Shown here one piece after another: positions 48,301-62,552 of a DNA stretch of 64,000 bases. Both the position numbers and the translations under genes were made by a program. The notes under the pieces were generated by a model, which was not told where the DNA came from, made no database searches, and was given only the letters and a program-made list of their open reading frames with translations. Source of the stretch: Phoronis australis (Eukaryota; Animalia; Phoronida); the NCBI GenBank assembly GCA_002633005.1, contig NMRA01000008.1:1648567-1712566 (forward strand), read 5' to 3'. The stretch's first letter is position 1. Each line of letters opens with the position of its first letter.

Positions 48301-51300
48301 AATTGTCGCGATGGCAATCGACACACTTCTTCTTTTCTTCATTTTCCCTTCAAAAAATTTACCAGCTAAGTATACACAGGGCATATTGCAAAATTGTTGG
48401 AAAATATTGTAAAATGATACCAGTGAACTCCCTACTTTATTTATCTTTAACAGGTAAAAATAAAGCAGGAACTACTGCCACGTATGCATTTTAAGAATAT
48501 ACTTTGTTATAAAAATAGTTTGTAAAATCAATTTAATTTTAATTAGCCTGAACAGTGAGTTCCTCGTTGTAGAGGTTGTTGTGCTCGAGCAATGTAAAAG
48601 CTTCATGCCAGACGCTTGTCAAATATAAACGTTCATAAAGTTAACGTATTTTAGTATGCAATAAAATCCAGGTACGTTACAATCCTTCACTTTTTGATTG
48701 ATCAATTTTGCTCATGCTGTTTCTGTTTCTTGTTTCTGTACAGAAAAGCATTGTACTGTTTATAGGTTTTTATTCACATTCACAAAAAACGACATGTTTC
48801 CATGCTGAGATGTGTTATGTTGCTCCAAGCTTGCCTTTTCTTTGAAGTGCTCTTCGCAAATGGCTTATTGACTAGACAGATTTTAATCCTGAACACAGTA
48901 TCTCGAGTATTTTGTCTTGTTTCCGTCGAAAACCCTCCTACCGCATGTGCGCGAGAAAAAGCTTTATTGTTTGTATGATGGTCAAAATAAAACTGCAGAA
49001 CTTGATTTGTGACCTGCAAGTCGCCATGCGACCTCCGGTTTTTGATAAAATCTGAAGTTGCCACTAAGTCGCCTATCAAAGTACTTGCAGAAGTAAATAG
49101 TCGGAATTGTCGGGCAAAAATGTATAGGGTCCGATCATGACTGACGCATAGACTATACGCAAACAATGTTTTCCAGCTGACCATCTGGTTGGGGTAGGAG
49201 CCGAACGAGAGCGAAACGATCGCAGCAGCACGCAAAAGCGCACCAACAACACCTGATTTTGGCGACCTCATTTCTCATTTGACGTCCTAGAAATTTTGTA
49301 AGGTCGCATTTGGCGAGTTGACGTTATTCCAAGCATCGACCCAGTTACCGGAGCTCCTTTTTTGCTGACGAAGGTTTTACCACACGTATCCACAGAGCAT
49401 TGGAAGATCTTTCCAGTGCTTCATTGTACCTCTGCCACGTGGTCTTGCAATGCTGTCTTGTTCCTACAAGTTTCCACAACTTCTACAGAGTCTTTTACGA
49501 CACGCACACTCGTTTTTTTATTTCCCATATCATTTATTGAAAATTAAGAAGTCCAAATTACAAATATTGCAAACACGAAACAGGAAAGGAGTATCATTCA
49601 TACTCACTCACGCACACAGAATCACATTGATCAATTCATCAATAACTTGCAAACTGTTTTCACACTTCTCGTTGAAAGTGAACAGTCTGTAAATGAAACA
49701 GGTTATACGTTTTTCTCTATCCTAGTAATCTCGGAAATCACCCGTCTTCATTAACGTGCGCGAAGGCATGGTTAGGCGATCCATCTTGTAGAAGCAATTC
49801 AGCTGTAAAATGAATTGTTTAATGTTTCAGTTTCTAAAATTTACGAAGAAAATTGGTGCATATGTTTTCATTTGTCAGTGTGTGACACCAGGAATAAAAT
49901 CGCTGCAATAAACAACACGGCGTTTCTTTATTCAAAATAAGTTTGACGGTCATTCGAGTTAATCTAAAACCACTTGAAAACAACAAACGCATCACTGTAA
50001 TTTGAACGATTATTTAGGCCCATCATAAGAAAACCCAGGCCAAATGACGTCGTATGGAGGTCGCAAGCTATTGTTTTACTTGCGATATCCATGTCATGGG
50101 CGTAGCGGAGTCGCATGATTACCGACTATGGGACGCTACCATTGTCTTCCCTTGCTGCTTCGTCGTTGGATATAACAATACAGGTCGCTCGGATATCTAT
50201 GCGACAGGATTGCGACCTGGTTTCCCGTGAGAAAGTACATTCGCTCGCGATCGCTTTGTGTTGCGTTCATAATCGCCTTACAAAATTACAATCAGTTGTT
50301 CGCGATCGCTGTCAATGACAAGGGTGGTGTAAATGTTTCAATATGATAATCTTAAAATATAACTAGCAAATCCCTTCTAAGTAAAGATTTTAAAAATTGC
50401 AAACGACACACTCACTGTACAATAGTTTGCCACGAGTAGCACTCACTCGTCGATTTTACAAGACTCGAGGTATTCAGTCTCCGAAAGTTATCGCACTCGA
50501 GACGTCATGCATAATTTGCGTTTGAAAAATAAACACCATTCCCTGTCACTCCCCTACGTGCAGCGCTCTTTGCAAATTAGACATTCTTTAAGAAAAAAAT
50601 GCCATATAAACTTACTATCGTCTGTCATCGTTCGTGCCAAATTTCGTCTGTGATCGCTTTCCGGTGTTCTCGATCGCGGTTTAGCCGGGGTGACGGTCTT
50701 CAACATGTACGTGTACACCTCCTCGAACACCAACGCCGATCCAATTGTCAGTGTTCATTTTCTTCTCATCTAGAAATATATTTCCTTAAAATTGAGACTG
50801 TCGTTTGGAAGCCAAACTTTGTTTTTAAAAGATGATTCCCCATCACCTTTTTAGGGAATATGGAAGTATTCTCATATGACAGAAGGGCTATCCTCTGAGA
50901 TTCCTATCTTAAAGTGTGTGGATTCGAATGCTAACCTGGTTATTTTTCTTATTATATTGCCTTCGTTGTGCTCTCTTGAGTGTAGCTCTTGTTGAAAAAT
51001 GAAATGATTGCATGACTGGGTAAGAAATTAAATTTCTGCATTACAGAAGGAAGAAATTTTCAAATGTGTGTATGCCTTACATGTACATTGTACGTCCGAT
51101 TCCACTAACTTTTCTAAGTCGGCAACCATTTAACCACAATTTTACTTTTGCTCATTCGTTTTTGTTTTTCTTTTGTTTTTCTCTAGCCCAATGCATTGTT
51201 GTACTTCCGGGTCTCAGGTGGGTAAGTAAGTCATATATAATTATTGAAGAATACACATAACATACAAAGAAATAATGACAACCCCAGAAATCGCGAAGCG

Positions 51301-53084
51301 TTATATCTGGGTTGTAGACAATTCATAAATGAAATTAATATACATAGAGATATATACATTTAAGTAGTATCTAATATAAATATTCCAATAGTAGATATGC
51401 TTTTACGAACATATAAAAACAAAAAACATAAGGTGGGTTCAGTTATACTTTCCAAATTCCTAAAAACGACATGCCGGACCTGTTTTTTCCTTTTTTGGTC
51501 ATGACGTAATCCACGTTTTATGTACATCCCATCTGACAGATTACGTCGTGAGGTGCGTATAGAATATCGCAAGGAAACTTGAGTCGGCACCAGATCTGAA
51601 TCGAAGCCTTAAGCTCATTTGTTCCACCAATCGTCATTACGGTGATGACAAAGTTAGCATGAAATGGTGACAGCTAATTAAATTATGATTGACATGCAAC
51701 ATTTGATATTAAGAATAAAAGGAAACAGGAATTAAAGCAAATCATTCTTCAATTAAGAACACGGTATTTTGTTTCTACAAAACCCAAGTTAAAAAGAAAT
51801 TTTACTTCATTTTAGAGCGTTAGGTGTCGGGTAAAACAACTGAACTTGCTGTTATCGAGTGGAACTACTCGATCTAAATTGATACAAAATATGTTGTTTT
51901 TTGGGTGGCATTCTCCTTTAACCATGAAGCTGATATCGAACAAAACAAAGTGAAATTCTCATCCTTTTAGTGACACGGATCAAAAATGACATTTTCAGTA
52001 ACTTTTTTGTCTGAATTTGAATTTACTTTACCGTACCAAAAACTGCAGTAGAATAAGTCCAACACGGAGATCTCATGTTGTAGTTGTTTTGTACGGTAAA
52101 GTTTCTTCAAACCGAACAAAAACAATTCACGATGGGTTGGTTACTAGCTCTTAATTTGTAGTGGTTAAACATCTCACTTAATAAGGAGTCGAGTGAACTG
52201 ATTTTGTGATATTTTATTCGTGATTCGAGAATTCTGTATAAGACGTTGTCGAGCGCTACATCGGAGGGTTAAACATGCCCCACAGCAAAGTAAGATAAAA
52301 TAAAGGCAAATGGTGTATCAACATTACAGCCATTAGCTTTCGATCATAATATAACCATAGAAAGCAATGAACGGTTAGGCTGCAGCCATTTTGTAGTCCG
52401 TAGAAATTAAATGAAGGGTTGTGTCAGGTTTGATGGCTGTGTTGAGGAATGCGTTGACAGTAATTTCAAGGGAACTGATTTGTTTGTGCTTTTGGATGAA
52501 AAAAGCAGTCTTTAGCCGTGACCTACGTTTGATGCAAAATGTTGGTGCAGTTTGCTTTCAACCCCGGTCGTCTGCTATCTCATAAGCCGGGTGCGTCAAA
52601 CAGATCAAAATTGCCAAGAAGGCAGGTGGTAGGGGGTGTGCTATGGCCACATATTTTAGAATTTAGAAAGAATGAGCATTCTGAGTCTGTAGTCAGACTT
52701 TTTTCTAATACTTGCAGGGAAGTGGTAATTTTGGGGAAAAAACTTCCAAATTTGTATTTTTGGCCCTATTTTTCTACACCGGGATTTGTTTCGATGTGAA
52801 TTAACCGATTAAAAATCTGTAGCATAATTAAATTTCAGTTATCATGAGTAGTGCTTGAGAGTTGGAAATGTTTCAAAACCATTTGTTTTTTTTCAGACGT
52901 AAGGAAAAGACTCATCTCCATTTAGGTGTACGTCGGCAGCAAAAACCAAAACACTGTTAGTAACTGTTGTGTGCCCCATAGCAAACAGGACGTGTTAACT
53001 TTCCTTATTTTACGACTTTGACTTTGCGATCGTCGCAAAATGCAGTCAAAACACCCACATCGCGTGACACGAGACGTCCCAGGA

Positions 53085-53608
53085 TAATACCCCCGTCACA
53101 CCAGAGGCGCGGTGCCACCACGGCTTTTAGTCAAAACCGCCATCACCGTAGTGACCCCGTCAGTAGTGTTTCATAGTTTTCCCCTACCCGTCACACATGT
53201 GTTTTTCTTCGCGCCACGGGATCGCTGTAGGGTCGCCAGTCTACGTTTTCGGCGATTGCACGGCAGTTGTACTGCGGAAGCAGGGCGGTGATGGAGGTGC
53301 TGCTGCCGTCCTTGTACTGTGCCACGGCGGTCACGACGGTGTCGCGGCGATCGGCACTGCGAATTGGCTCAACCCGCACTGGCACTGCGGAAGTGTTGAA
53401 CATGTTCAAAGTTTACGCCGTGCCACCGCGAAGGTCCGTGGTTTTGACAGTTTTCGGCGGTGCTACGGCGATCAATTGCGGAACCACTGCGGAACCACTG
53501 CGGAACCACAGCGATCTGCGGAACCACGGCGATCATGGCGGTGCCACTGCGGTTTATGCCGTACAAGCACCGCAGTGGCACCGCACTTCCAATGTGACGG
53601 AGGTATTA
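53085..53608. mobile_element. GC-rich non-autonomous DNA transposon with ~35-bp TIRs
   Basis: TAATACCCCCGTCACACCAGAGGCGCGGTGCCAC ... GTGGCACCGCACTTCCAATGTGACGGAGGTATTA. Internal repeats TGCGGAACCAC and GCCACGGCG. Confidence 0.8.
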
Positions 53609-56170
53609 CAGACATGAACAAAACCATATCCATGAGTCGCTTTTTCTCATATCCCATGCCAACTTAAGGCTTTATTTATTGTGTGAACTTTTTTCAGCTA
53701 ATAACCACGAATCCCCACGAAACAATTTACGGTTTTGGGTTCTCTTATTTCTCACTGCGTTAACTAACTTGAGGTCTCATGGTCCATAGGTGGCGCTCAA
53801 CAGTTTTTGTTGATTTTGGGCTTAACATAACAGGCCTTGCAGGTTCAATAGTTTGTTCCACAGGATATACCAAAGATTTAAAAACACCTTAGAAAAGCCT
53901 ATTGAAACTGGTTTCAAAGTTAATTTTCTCATCTTTTACAAGTACTGAAAGTGCAGCAGGCTTCGTAAAAACAAACAAAAATAACCAAAGCAGTTATGTA
54001 GTTTTCGTCCCAAAGCCACCGTTTCCACAAGCGATTACTACGAACTGAGAGACATTGCATTCAAACTCCTGAATCTCCTCGTGATGTAAAAATCAGTAAA
54101 GTGCGGGGTGTCGACCAGTCAGAATTTGTACGATAAATTTCAACTTACGCTCATAAACAGTGAAAGATTTAAGAAAACTCATGACTGAGACAGAAGTCGG
54201 CCAAGGAGTCAACAAAGTGACAATCTTTAACGGACTCAAAAATCAAGAAAATGCCATTCGTAGCCTTCACATGCAGCATAACACGTAAAATGCACCGCCA
54301 ACCCAGCAAGCGCCAAATCAAACAAGACACAAAATGGGAAATGTTGTATTTCTGATACACCAAGTATTCATTGCGGGTGAATTTTTCTCGTTCAATATGT
54401 ACTGCAACTGAATTTTGATGTTGCTACCATGGCATTGTAGATAGATTTTTTGACATCGCACTGCTCCCAGGTGAAGTCGTATTAACCGACGTGATCACAT
54501 GCAGTGGGCAGATTTTCAGTGCGAATTATAGCCGGTTATTCACAAAAGATAAACTCCGACATTCCTGCATAGATCCTGATCACCTGAGTATCAACAGATT
54601 CTCATTTGGCCTCTCTCGGGATATGGATGGCAAAGTGGAAATGTATTTTGCTCGGGCCCAGGCAGGGCGGCTTGACAAATTTCCGCATTGTTAGATTAGT
54701 GAATGACGCAGTCTCCGCATATAAACTATGGTACCTATGCTAAGTGCAGGTGTGTGTACACGACAACTGATACAATCTCAGCTAAGAAGTGATCAGAGAA
54801 AAGATAATAAGATGAATGCGACTTCGTGGAAAATCTATAGTTACACGGGCAGATTGTGCACGAGACATTCATTTAATGCGCTTTTGTCAATTTATGAGAT
54901 TACAGTTTGTAAATATGTATGGAGTAAATACCTCAACAGATTCAGACTTGATCACGTGACCTGTGTAATTACAAGTCCGCAAAGATTTGTGCGCCGACCG
55001 GGTCTCGACCTCGGGACTTGGGACTTGTACAATGACAAAGCTGCATTTTTCTCAATAATAATGTCGTTTTATTTTAATGCAACTGTTGATTTTCTTTGTA
55101 AAAATCCCATTTTGACAGTCTTTCGTGCCAAATCGGATCTTTAAAAAATTTCTGAACATAATTTTGGAGAACATTGCAAAACCTGCATTACCTAAAAGGT
55201 TCATTTAAATCAAATCAGCCATTTTTAAAAAAAGATATGACGTTGTGAGTTTGGCCAAATTTGGACATTTTTTAGGGTTACAGATTACCTTAAAAGAGAA
55301 ATGCATTTTGAAATAATAGTAATAATAACGAAAAGGTCAAAAGACCAAGTCATAAATTTCAGTGAGTACCTGACCTGTGACGGTTTCGCTAACCACAAAA
55401 AGCCCCAGTGAAACACGATGTCGACATTGCCACTTCTACAAACCAATTTATACTGAATACTGAATAGAAAAGAAAAACGTGTAGGCCAAACTCTTTCAGC
55501 ACTGTTGAAAACAATTATCAAAAATAACAGTCACAACGTAGTAATGTATAATTTGAAAATGTATTGTGTATGCCTTGCTAGACACACTTGGGCGCACCTG
55601 AGGTTATATTTGGAGTGAGCTGTTCAATAACTCTTGACTAAAATTACTTGCAACATACGAGTGCTGCTCAGTGGTATGAGGCCTGCGTGTATTCTCGTGT
55701 GACATACCCCGGATGAGAGAGCGGTTACACTGTAGTTGCGCTATCGGATTGGACGTACACGCTAATCTTGCAATTCATTCCGACAATGCTGCCTGAAGCC
55801 ACGGGGTTGCTACAGGTACCCCCGCATCACCGCGAGCAGTTGGTGAACAGTTGATAAAGTCAGCTTATCGGAAATTCACAAGGTCGGTGCTCGAATTGAT
55901 AGGGAAGGGTTGGTGCATCCCTGATCCTCTGTCGTTGTACTGGCTACAAACCTCTATGTACAGGCACATGTACCGTGTAACGATCGCGCTTCCATCTTTT
56001 GGCTTCCCCTGATCCCTAAATCCCTGACTTAAGACTCCTTCTACTGCAGATTAGTAGGTGTATGTTGTATTTGCCTACCAAACACTGCTGTGTTCAGCTA
56101 CAGTGCTCTTACCGACTGTATATTTGCAGATGACGTGAGAAATTCGAAGAGCCAGTAACACGGATTGAAC

Positions 56171-59099
56171 ATGGCTGTGTGCAAGAAGCCGAAGATCTCA
56201 CTTCTTCTGTACTTTGTCGTTATACTATTCAACTTGTCTTCGTGGATAGACTTGGACGGCGTTTGGGCCGAGTTACCTATATTGGTGCCTCGTTTGCCAG
56301 AGGGATGGGCACTGCCAAGCCAAGTCACAATCTGCTCACAGATTGCCGCAATAGGACCGTTTATTTACTTCATCGCAAACACTATCAAACCTGGCTTCAT
56401 CAAGGAATCTGTAGCAATATATACGGTGATTGGCGTAGGATTCACCGGGTGTATATTATTGACTGTCTTCTGGGATAAAACAGCGTTCATCGCTGGTCAA
56501 GAGAGGAGTGTAGCGTTATTTGTCCTGTCCTTTTTCCTTGCATTTACGGACAACACGTCGACAGTGGCATTTCTCTCGTACTTTGCTATACTGCCGGCAG
56601 AATACTTGTCGGCGTATTTTGTCGGAGAAGCGCTATGTGGACTCATTCCGTCGGTCGCATCCTTAATACAAGGAGCCGGAGAGTATGATTGCGTTAACAT
56701 AACTAAAACAATTACAATGACTAACAGTTCGACAAACCTTACTACCAACACGACTGTTTACAGTGTCGAAGCGGTTATGAGGCCGCCTGTATTTTCAGTA
56801 AGCGTCTTCTTCGGTCTTCTCGGCATCATTATGGCCACCAGCGGCATTGCGTTCAGCTTCCTCCATTATCACCCGTGGTTTAAGAAGTTTCACGTGATCG
56901 ACCCCGAGAGTTTGCCACAGAGAGAGAATGGGAAGACCAACACAGTTCCTTTGTACCAACACTCGTCCGAGGAAGAAGAAACCCAAGAAGAAAAGTTGGA
57001 CTGCACAACGGCCTTGTCAGGCGAAGAAAAGACGGACTCGAGAACGAATGGTCCTCAACAGACGGGCTGCAATGAAAAACCTTTAATGTCTCGCCGACTG
57101 TACGCTGGACTTCTACTGCAGTATGGATTCCTACAGTCGTCTAGATACGGGGTATTATACAACTTGCAGTCCTACTCCTTACTACCGTACGGTACGTTTT
57201 TTAAATAGAAATGCAATCAACGATTTACTAAAATCTGTACATAATACGGATATGATGTGCACAAAATTTTCTGTTAAAGCCGTCTGTCAAAAATCAACTG
57301 TCCTCACAGCCGTATTTGCTCATTTAAAACAGCGTCATCGCATTCTAACCCTTTCTTTGAAATGAAATTGGTTACAAAAAACACCGTGACGGCCATAATG
57401 TCTTGGCGCCTGAAAGTAACCCGCCGTGCTAAGCAACACAATGGGCGACATCTGAAGCAATACCTTCGCAAACCCTTGAAGTCATTGCTAACCTGAGAAC
57501 GGAAGAAGATGAGACCGATTCCTTAATGGCACGTTGCCTTCATCAATAATTGGGTTTATTGCCTCTTTAAATAGAGAAAATAAGATTGACTTGCACCCCT
57601 TTTCCTACAGTGGAAAAATCAAAATTAATGAACTCGCAAGTAGGCGTGACTAGTCCTTGTGTATTACCCCCTCACTAGTTTTAGGCGAATGTGAAAAAAC
57701 ACCGTTCATTAAAATAAGAGTTTGAAGTTAATAGTTCATTATAAGCGTTGACAACAAATAACTAAAACTCATCACTTCGAGATTGACAGCAAATGATCAA
57801 TACCTGTTATTTTGTAGGACCGATGGCTTATAGTCTAGGCAACCGCCTGACTACAGTTATGCAAACGTTGGGATGTATCCTAGCTTTATTCTTCCCAACT
57901 CGATCGGTCAAAGTTATAACGACCATTACTCTTGCCGGCACAGTCCCCGCCATATACATAGCAGTATTGGCGCCACTTAGTCCCAATCCACCTCTTAAGG
58001 ATTCCGACATTGGGATCATTCTCATGGTGAGTTGAAATGCTGGTACTTTTGTGTAATCAGCCGGGTATTTTGAAATTCATAACTGTATGCGGAATCCAGC
58101 TGTAGGTAGTCAGTTATTATCGTTCCTTACTGACGTTAAACTTGAACAACTATATAAAAATTGTTTGGAATCAACCATCAAGTAATGACGCAGTTGCTTC
58201 AAGACAATTGTGAGCGACTACACGCTTCATTTCAAATTTGTCGGGTACGGGCCCATTTTGATTATCATTTCAGTTCCGACCAAATTGTATCACAGTGGAA
58301 AATTGAAAATGTTAAAAGTACCAAGCACAAATTTGCTTGGAAATCGTGAAAAAGCAACTTTCGGGGCCGTTTCATCAAAGGTCCTTCTCACGCTCTTAGC
58401 TAAGACAGTTAGTCGTAACTTCGATTTTACCAGCAAAAAGTTTACTAACATGGCTTGTGAAGACAGCCGTTAAATTCATTGGAAACGAAGCATCACGTTC
58501 ACAGTCGGTCACAGTCGTCATCAGCTACGACTGGGCATACGACTTTTGATAAAATGTACCCCAGCGGCAATTCTTCCAGGGTTCAGAGGGCTTAAATCCC
58601 TCACCAATCCATGACTTCGCAAACCAAAAGCACTTTCACCGTGTTTTTGATAGCCATGGGGCACGTTTTATCAAAGGTTGAATATACGTCAGGTCGTGGC
58701 TAGGTATCTTTTTGCTAACGCGATGCTGCGTTTCTATAGAGTGAAACCTATGATAAAACGACCCCTGGTGTTCAGAGAAGATACAACAGTGAACACTGGG
58801 GTAGGGCACTTTTTACGGACAAACACGCCAGATTTAATACGAAATCAATTTTAAAAAATTCCCAAGACACTTACCTTTCCAGGCATTTGTTTTTCCAGAT
58901 TTCTGCGTGGCTTCTGATGTCATTTTTATGGGGATACTGCAAGGTGGGGATAGCTGTCTTGATGAAAGACCAGGGGAAACGTCACTTGATGATGACAGGG
59001 ACGGTTGAAGTGGTTTGCATTCTGCTCGCTTCCATCGTCATTTTCGTTCTGGTTAACATCACTCATTCCTTCAAAGATGCTCCGCAGTGTGAAGGTTGA
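56171..59099 (+). CDS. SLC52A3: SLC52 family riboflavin transporter (RFVT/GPR172-like), 3 coding exons, 476 aa
   Basis: Exons 56171-57191, 57818-58026, 58899-59099 (1431 nt). Family motifs SWIDLDGVWAELP..V..LPEGWALPS, AYFVGEALCGLIPS..SLIQG, P.FSVSVFF, QSYSLLPYG..AY.L, ALSP.PPL and W.L.....Y.KV. Orthology to a specific vertebrate paralog cannot be resolved by eye. Confidence 0.92.
58362..58765. mobile_element. Two small related MITEs (~58362-58562, ~58658-58765) in SLC52 intron 2
   Basis: Termini GGGG(C/CA)CGTTT(C/T)ATCAAAG ... TGATAAAA(TGT/CG)ACCCC. Confidence 0.45.
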
Positions 59100-59537
59100 T
59101 GTATAACCAGATTGTTACCAACAGGCATATGGCTGTCTAGTCGAATAGTTAATGTTACACAGGTGCGGATTTACGATGGTGTTCTTAATCGGCTGTGTTT
59201 CTTTGACGAGGAAAATCAAGTGCTCAATTAGTCTGTCCTTGTCAGGTCCTCTTCTGGTCACGATCTTGGATCCGCACCTGTCATGTGTGGATAGCACCAG
59301 TGAGTTTACTCAGAGAGTTTACAAGAGGTTTCGGCTGTTCCCAGCATCCATTATCAAATGTTGACCATCAGGTCGGGAACTTTGAACCAGTCGAGATGTC
59401 ACGTGGTAATTGTCAATCGTTGTAGGTATTCAACACTGTTTGCAACAACAGAATAGTGCACTAGTCTAGAAAAACTGTAGCGAACAAAAAGCACATTTAT
59501 GGTTAGGTATACTACTCATTTATAGTTACTTTTTAGT

Positions 59538-59693
59538 CAGTGCTGTAGTGGGGCGTAGGCGCACGTAGGCGCAGCCAACCACCTTTTGGCATTTAAACGT
59601 AGCGCCTACGCACCGTAACTTTCGTTCAGTGCTCAAGGTGATACGATGGGCTGTGGGCGCCTATTTACCTCTAATCTTACCACTACAGCACTG
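59538..59693. mobile_element. hAT MITE with 14-bp TIRs and 8-bp TSD
   Basis: CAGTGCTGTAGTGG ... CCACTACAGCACTG, flanked by TTTTTAGT on both sides. Confidence 0.9.
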
Positions 59694-60766
59694 TTTTTAG
59701 TGTTTTTATGATAAAGGGACACATATTTATTTCCTACATCAACCAAAATCCAAATTAAGATCTAGTTTACACGATCCCCACAAAATATGTCTTAATAATA
59801 CCAGGATGCAAAACAATTTCTATTCCCAAACTGATCATGGCACCAGCAAGCAAAAGGAAACAGAAGCCCCGTCTTAATAAGGTTGGCTAAACCTACAAAA
59901 ATTCTCTCTCTAGTCTCATATCAATCACAGGCGAGACCTATTGATGGTAGAAATCAACTGGTATCATGGATAGAATTTTGACTTGAGATCCGTTTGTCAG
60001 AATCAATCAAATTATTTCCTGATCATGATGACTAGGTGAAAAGAGGGGGTGCCCCTTTAAAGGGAAATCAGGTTTATGACTGCAAAATGCATTTTTGGTA
60101 CCAGTATGGAATTGACTGAAGTTATTACAGGTTTGAAGAGAGCTCTATAAAACAACGCCAAGAATTGGCGATTTGTTTGAAAATCACCCCCTTAACACAA
60201 TTTCTTGCCCTTGTCTGCAAGACATTCCCTAAAATCAAGGCTGTAACTACCAATTTTGTGTAGAGTGAGAGATCACAGCTTCACCAGAAGTGCATTTGAC
60301 CACAACCTCCAGGGTTCCAGGTTTTTATACCATGTTGAGGCTTATCTCAGAAAATCTTATGTCACCAATAATGTCTCTTAAGACCATGGTCAATATTATA
60401 TGAACGTAGTTACTTGTGCTCTGTGAACAGTAAGTAGGTCGTGAACTGTAAATAGGTCAACTACACACTTTGGAAGATAAGACTCCCATTAAAAAGGTTA
60501 AAAGTGTACTGAGGCTGAACCTATGATGTTTCACCAGCACTTATAGTATGTTTAGAAGAGGGTCTCGGATATACATATATTTTAAACAATAGATAATGAC
60601 CTTGCAAACGTCAGTTGCAAATTTGAGAATTCGTATAAGTGTCTCTTAGGGTTAATGTATGTGCAAAAATAATTGAATAAATCCACTGTTTATTCACCAA
60701 AACTGAAATTTGATGCACACAACAAGTAATATTAACAGAACTAAATGAGCAATATCATTTAATATA

Positions 60767-61609
60767 CAAGGTGGTCCAAGAAATGCCCTATTTTATATTA
60801 ACATTTTTCACTATCTTGAGTTTTGACTGCATGCCCGCAATAATCTTTTGGGTCAAATTGGATAATTTACTGAAAGAAAAAATCATCGCGGCCCACTTTT
60901 CCTTAAAACTGTGCTTCTAACATAACAACAACGGAGGTAAAATTTTGGCAGGAAAAACACCTGATTGAAGAACGACTAAACATTTGGTGGGCAAAATTTC
61001 AAGAGACTGGAAATGTAGCAAGTGTTAATAAAGGTCATAGGGGTCGATCTCTTTCAGTTACAACTCCTAACATTTAAACTTTGCAGAAACGTCGTGAGGA
61101 ATTGGCAAGAAAATCAAATTGCTGTCTGTCACAAGAAGTTTTGAGGTCATCAGTTACAAGGATTCTTCAAATGGACCCTTGGCTGTTTCCTTACAAAATA
61201 CATTTTTTTCAAAAGTATGTTGACCGCAGTAAACTACGAACGACTAGGCATTTTATCCGGACACGAGCAACAAGACTGAAATGGGGCGGATGGGTCAGTT
61301 TTGAAAAGGAAGTGGTTGATGCTGTCAACCCCCATAGGTTGGATTTCTGCCTGAAAGAGGTCGATGGCAGTGACCGCTTGGTATTTGCTGCACTTCCACT
61401 CACTGTCGATCAGATGTAATGTTCCTACCAAAATCTTGCAAGCCCCATCTCGTGGAAAGGTAGACCTCGATGATATTTATCCATTGCTGCGTACTATAAC
61501 GTCCAACATGATGCATGTTGAAGTCACACGTATCTCAGGCCTGTTGCCTCGACAACCAAAAATATGGAAAATGTTGCAAGACAAAACACGTAACTTTTGG
61601 ACCACCCTG
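60767..61609 (+). mobile_element. Internally deleted Tc1/mariner-superfamily transposon (DD37D/maT-like) with decayed transposase
   Basis: TA|CAAGGTGGTCCAAGAA ... CTTTTGGACCACCCTG|TA. Relic HTH peptides AKFQETGNVASVNKGHRGRSLSVTT and RKS...LSQE..RSSVTRILQ.D..LFPYKI, broken by frameshifts. Confidence 0.8.
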
Positions 61610-61950
61610 TAGTGTTCAGGAACCAAAATATGACACAATATAGCACTTTTAGGCCACAACGCAGCACTCAATGTATGTGTTGCAAGACCACAACAGGGCT
61701 TCAGAACAATTTTAAGACCACAATATAGTTCAGGACATTCTGACACCAAATTTCAATTCTCAGTCTGTAGTGTTTCACGACCAAACCGCTCAGAACTGAA
61801 GCCAACACCACAATTTAGCATAAAATGAATTATAGTGTTCCGAGACCATAATCCATCTTACAACAGAGTAACATGACCGCAGTCCAGTTCAGACTAATGT
61901 TCAGAGACCATAATCTGACTCATACTACACTTCCAACATCACAGCTTGGT

Positions 61951-62552
61951 TCAGAACAGTGTCCCTAGACCACAAGCAGCTGCGTGTGTCGTCAGAGCTA
62001 ACGCGACTTGTCTCGTTTCCAAGAACAGTCGAGCTTCGCGAAGCCAGTCGCTGGCAACCCTTTTTGACTCTCCTTTAAGCTGGTTCATAAACCGAGTCGC
62101 ACTTTCTAAATCACCCCTATCCAAGTAATATTTTGCATGTGATAACAACTCATACGTATCCAGTTCTTGCAAGTCGACGCAGTCTTCGGCGTTTTTGTAA
62201 ATCACTGAGTTAAACATGAGAAACGACTGTAAATAGGACAGGAAGTAATTGATCAAAGATGGCGGTTGCTTGTCATCAATCATGCCGACACGTTTACACA
62301 CCCTGCGCACTTTGTCAAACCTGGCCTTGAGCTGCTCTTCACTAGACACACCCCGTTCTACGGCTTCCTCAGGGACGGTGTTGATCAGGTAATTGACAAA
62401 TGGGTGTTCATCACCTGCTTCACGCACTGCCTTCAACACACCAGTCAACCGAATCCCACCCAAGCTGCCCTCACCCAATGCTTCCACAAGAGCCTGGCAC
62501 GACAGCCACAGTTCTTGAGCTTTACGGCCTCTTTTTTCTGCCTCGGCTCGTC
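61951..62552 (-). CDS. IMMT: MICOS complex subunit Mic60 (mitofilin), terminal exon
   Basis: GRAEAEKRGRKAQELWLSCQAL...ERGVSSEEQLKARF.KV...SYLQSFL...A.YYLDRGDLESATRFMNQLKGESKRVASDWLREARL.LE..Q is the mitofilin domain. Acceptor CTTTGTTCGCTTGCAG, phase 1. Confidence 0.95.

Noticed and set aside
48780-49271. 163-aa minus-strand ORF
   Set aside because: No recognisable domain or splice context, and it overlaps repeat-like CGACCT/GTCGCC-rich sequence.
53191-53667. Five overlapping ORFs on both strands
   Set aside because: All lie within a GC-rich TIR element with internal repeats. Stop-codon scarcity explains them and no protein motifs are present.
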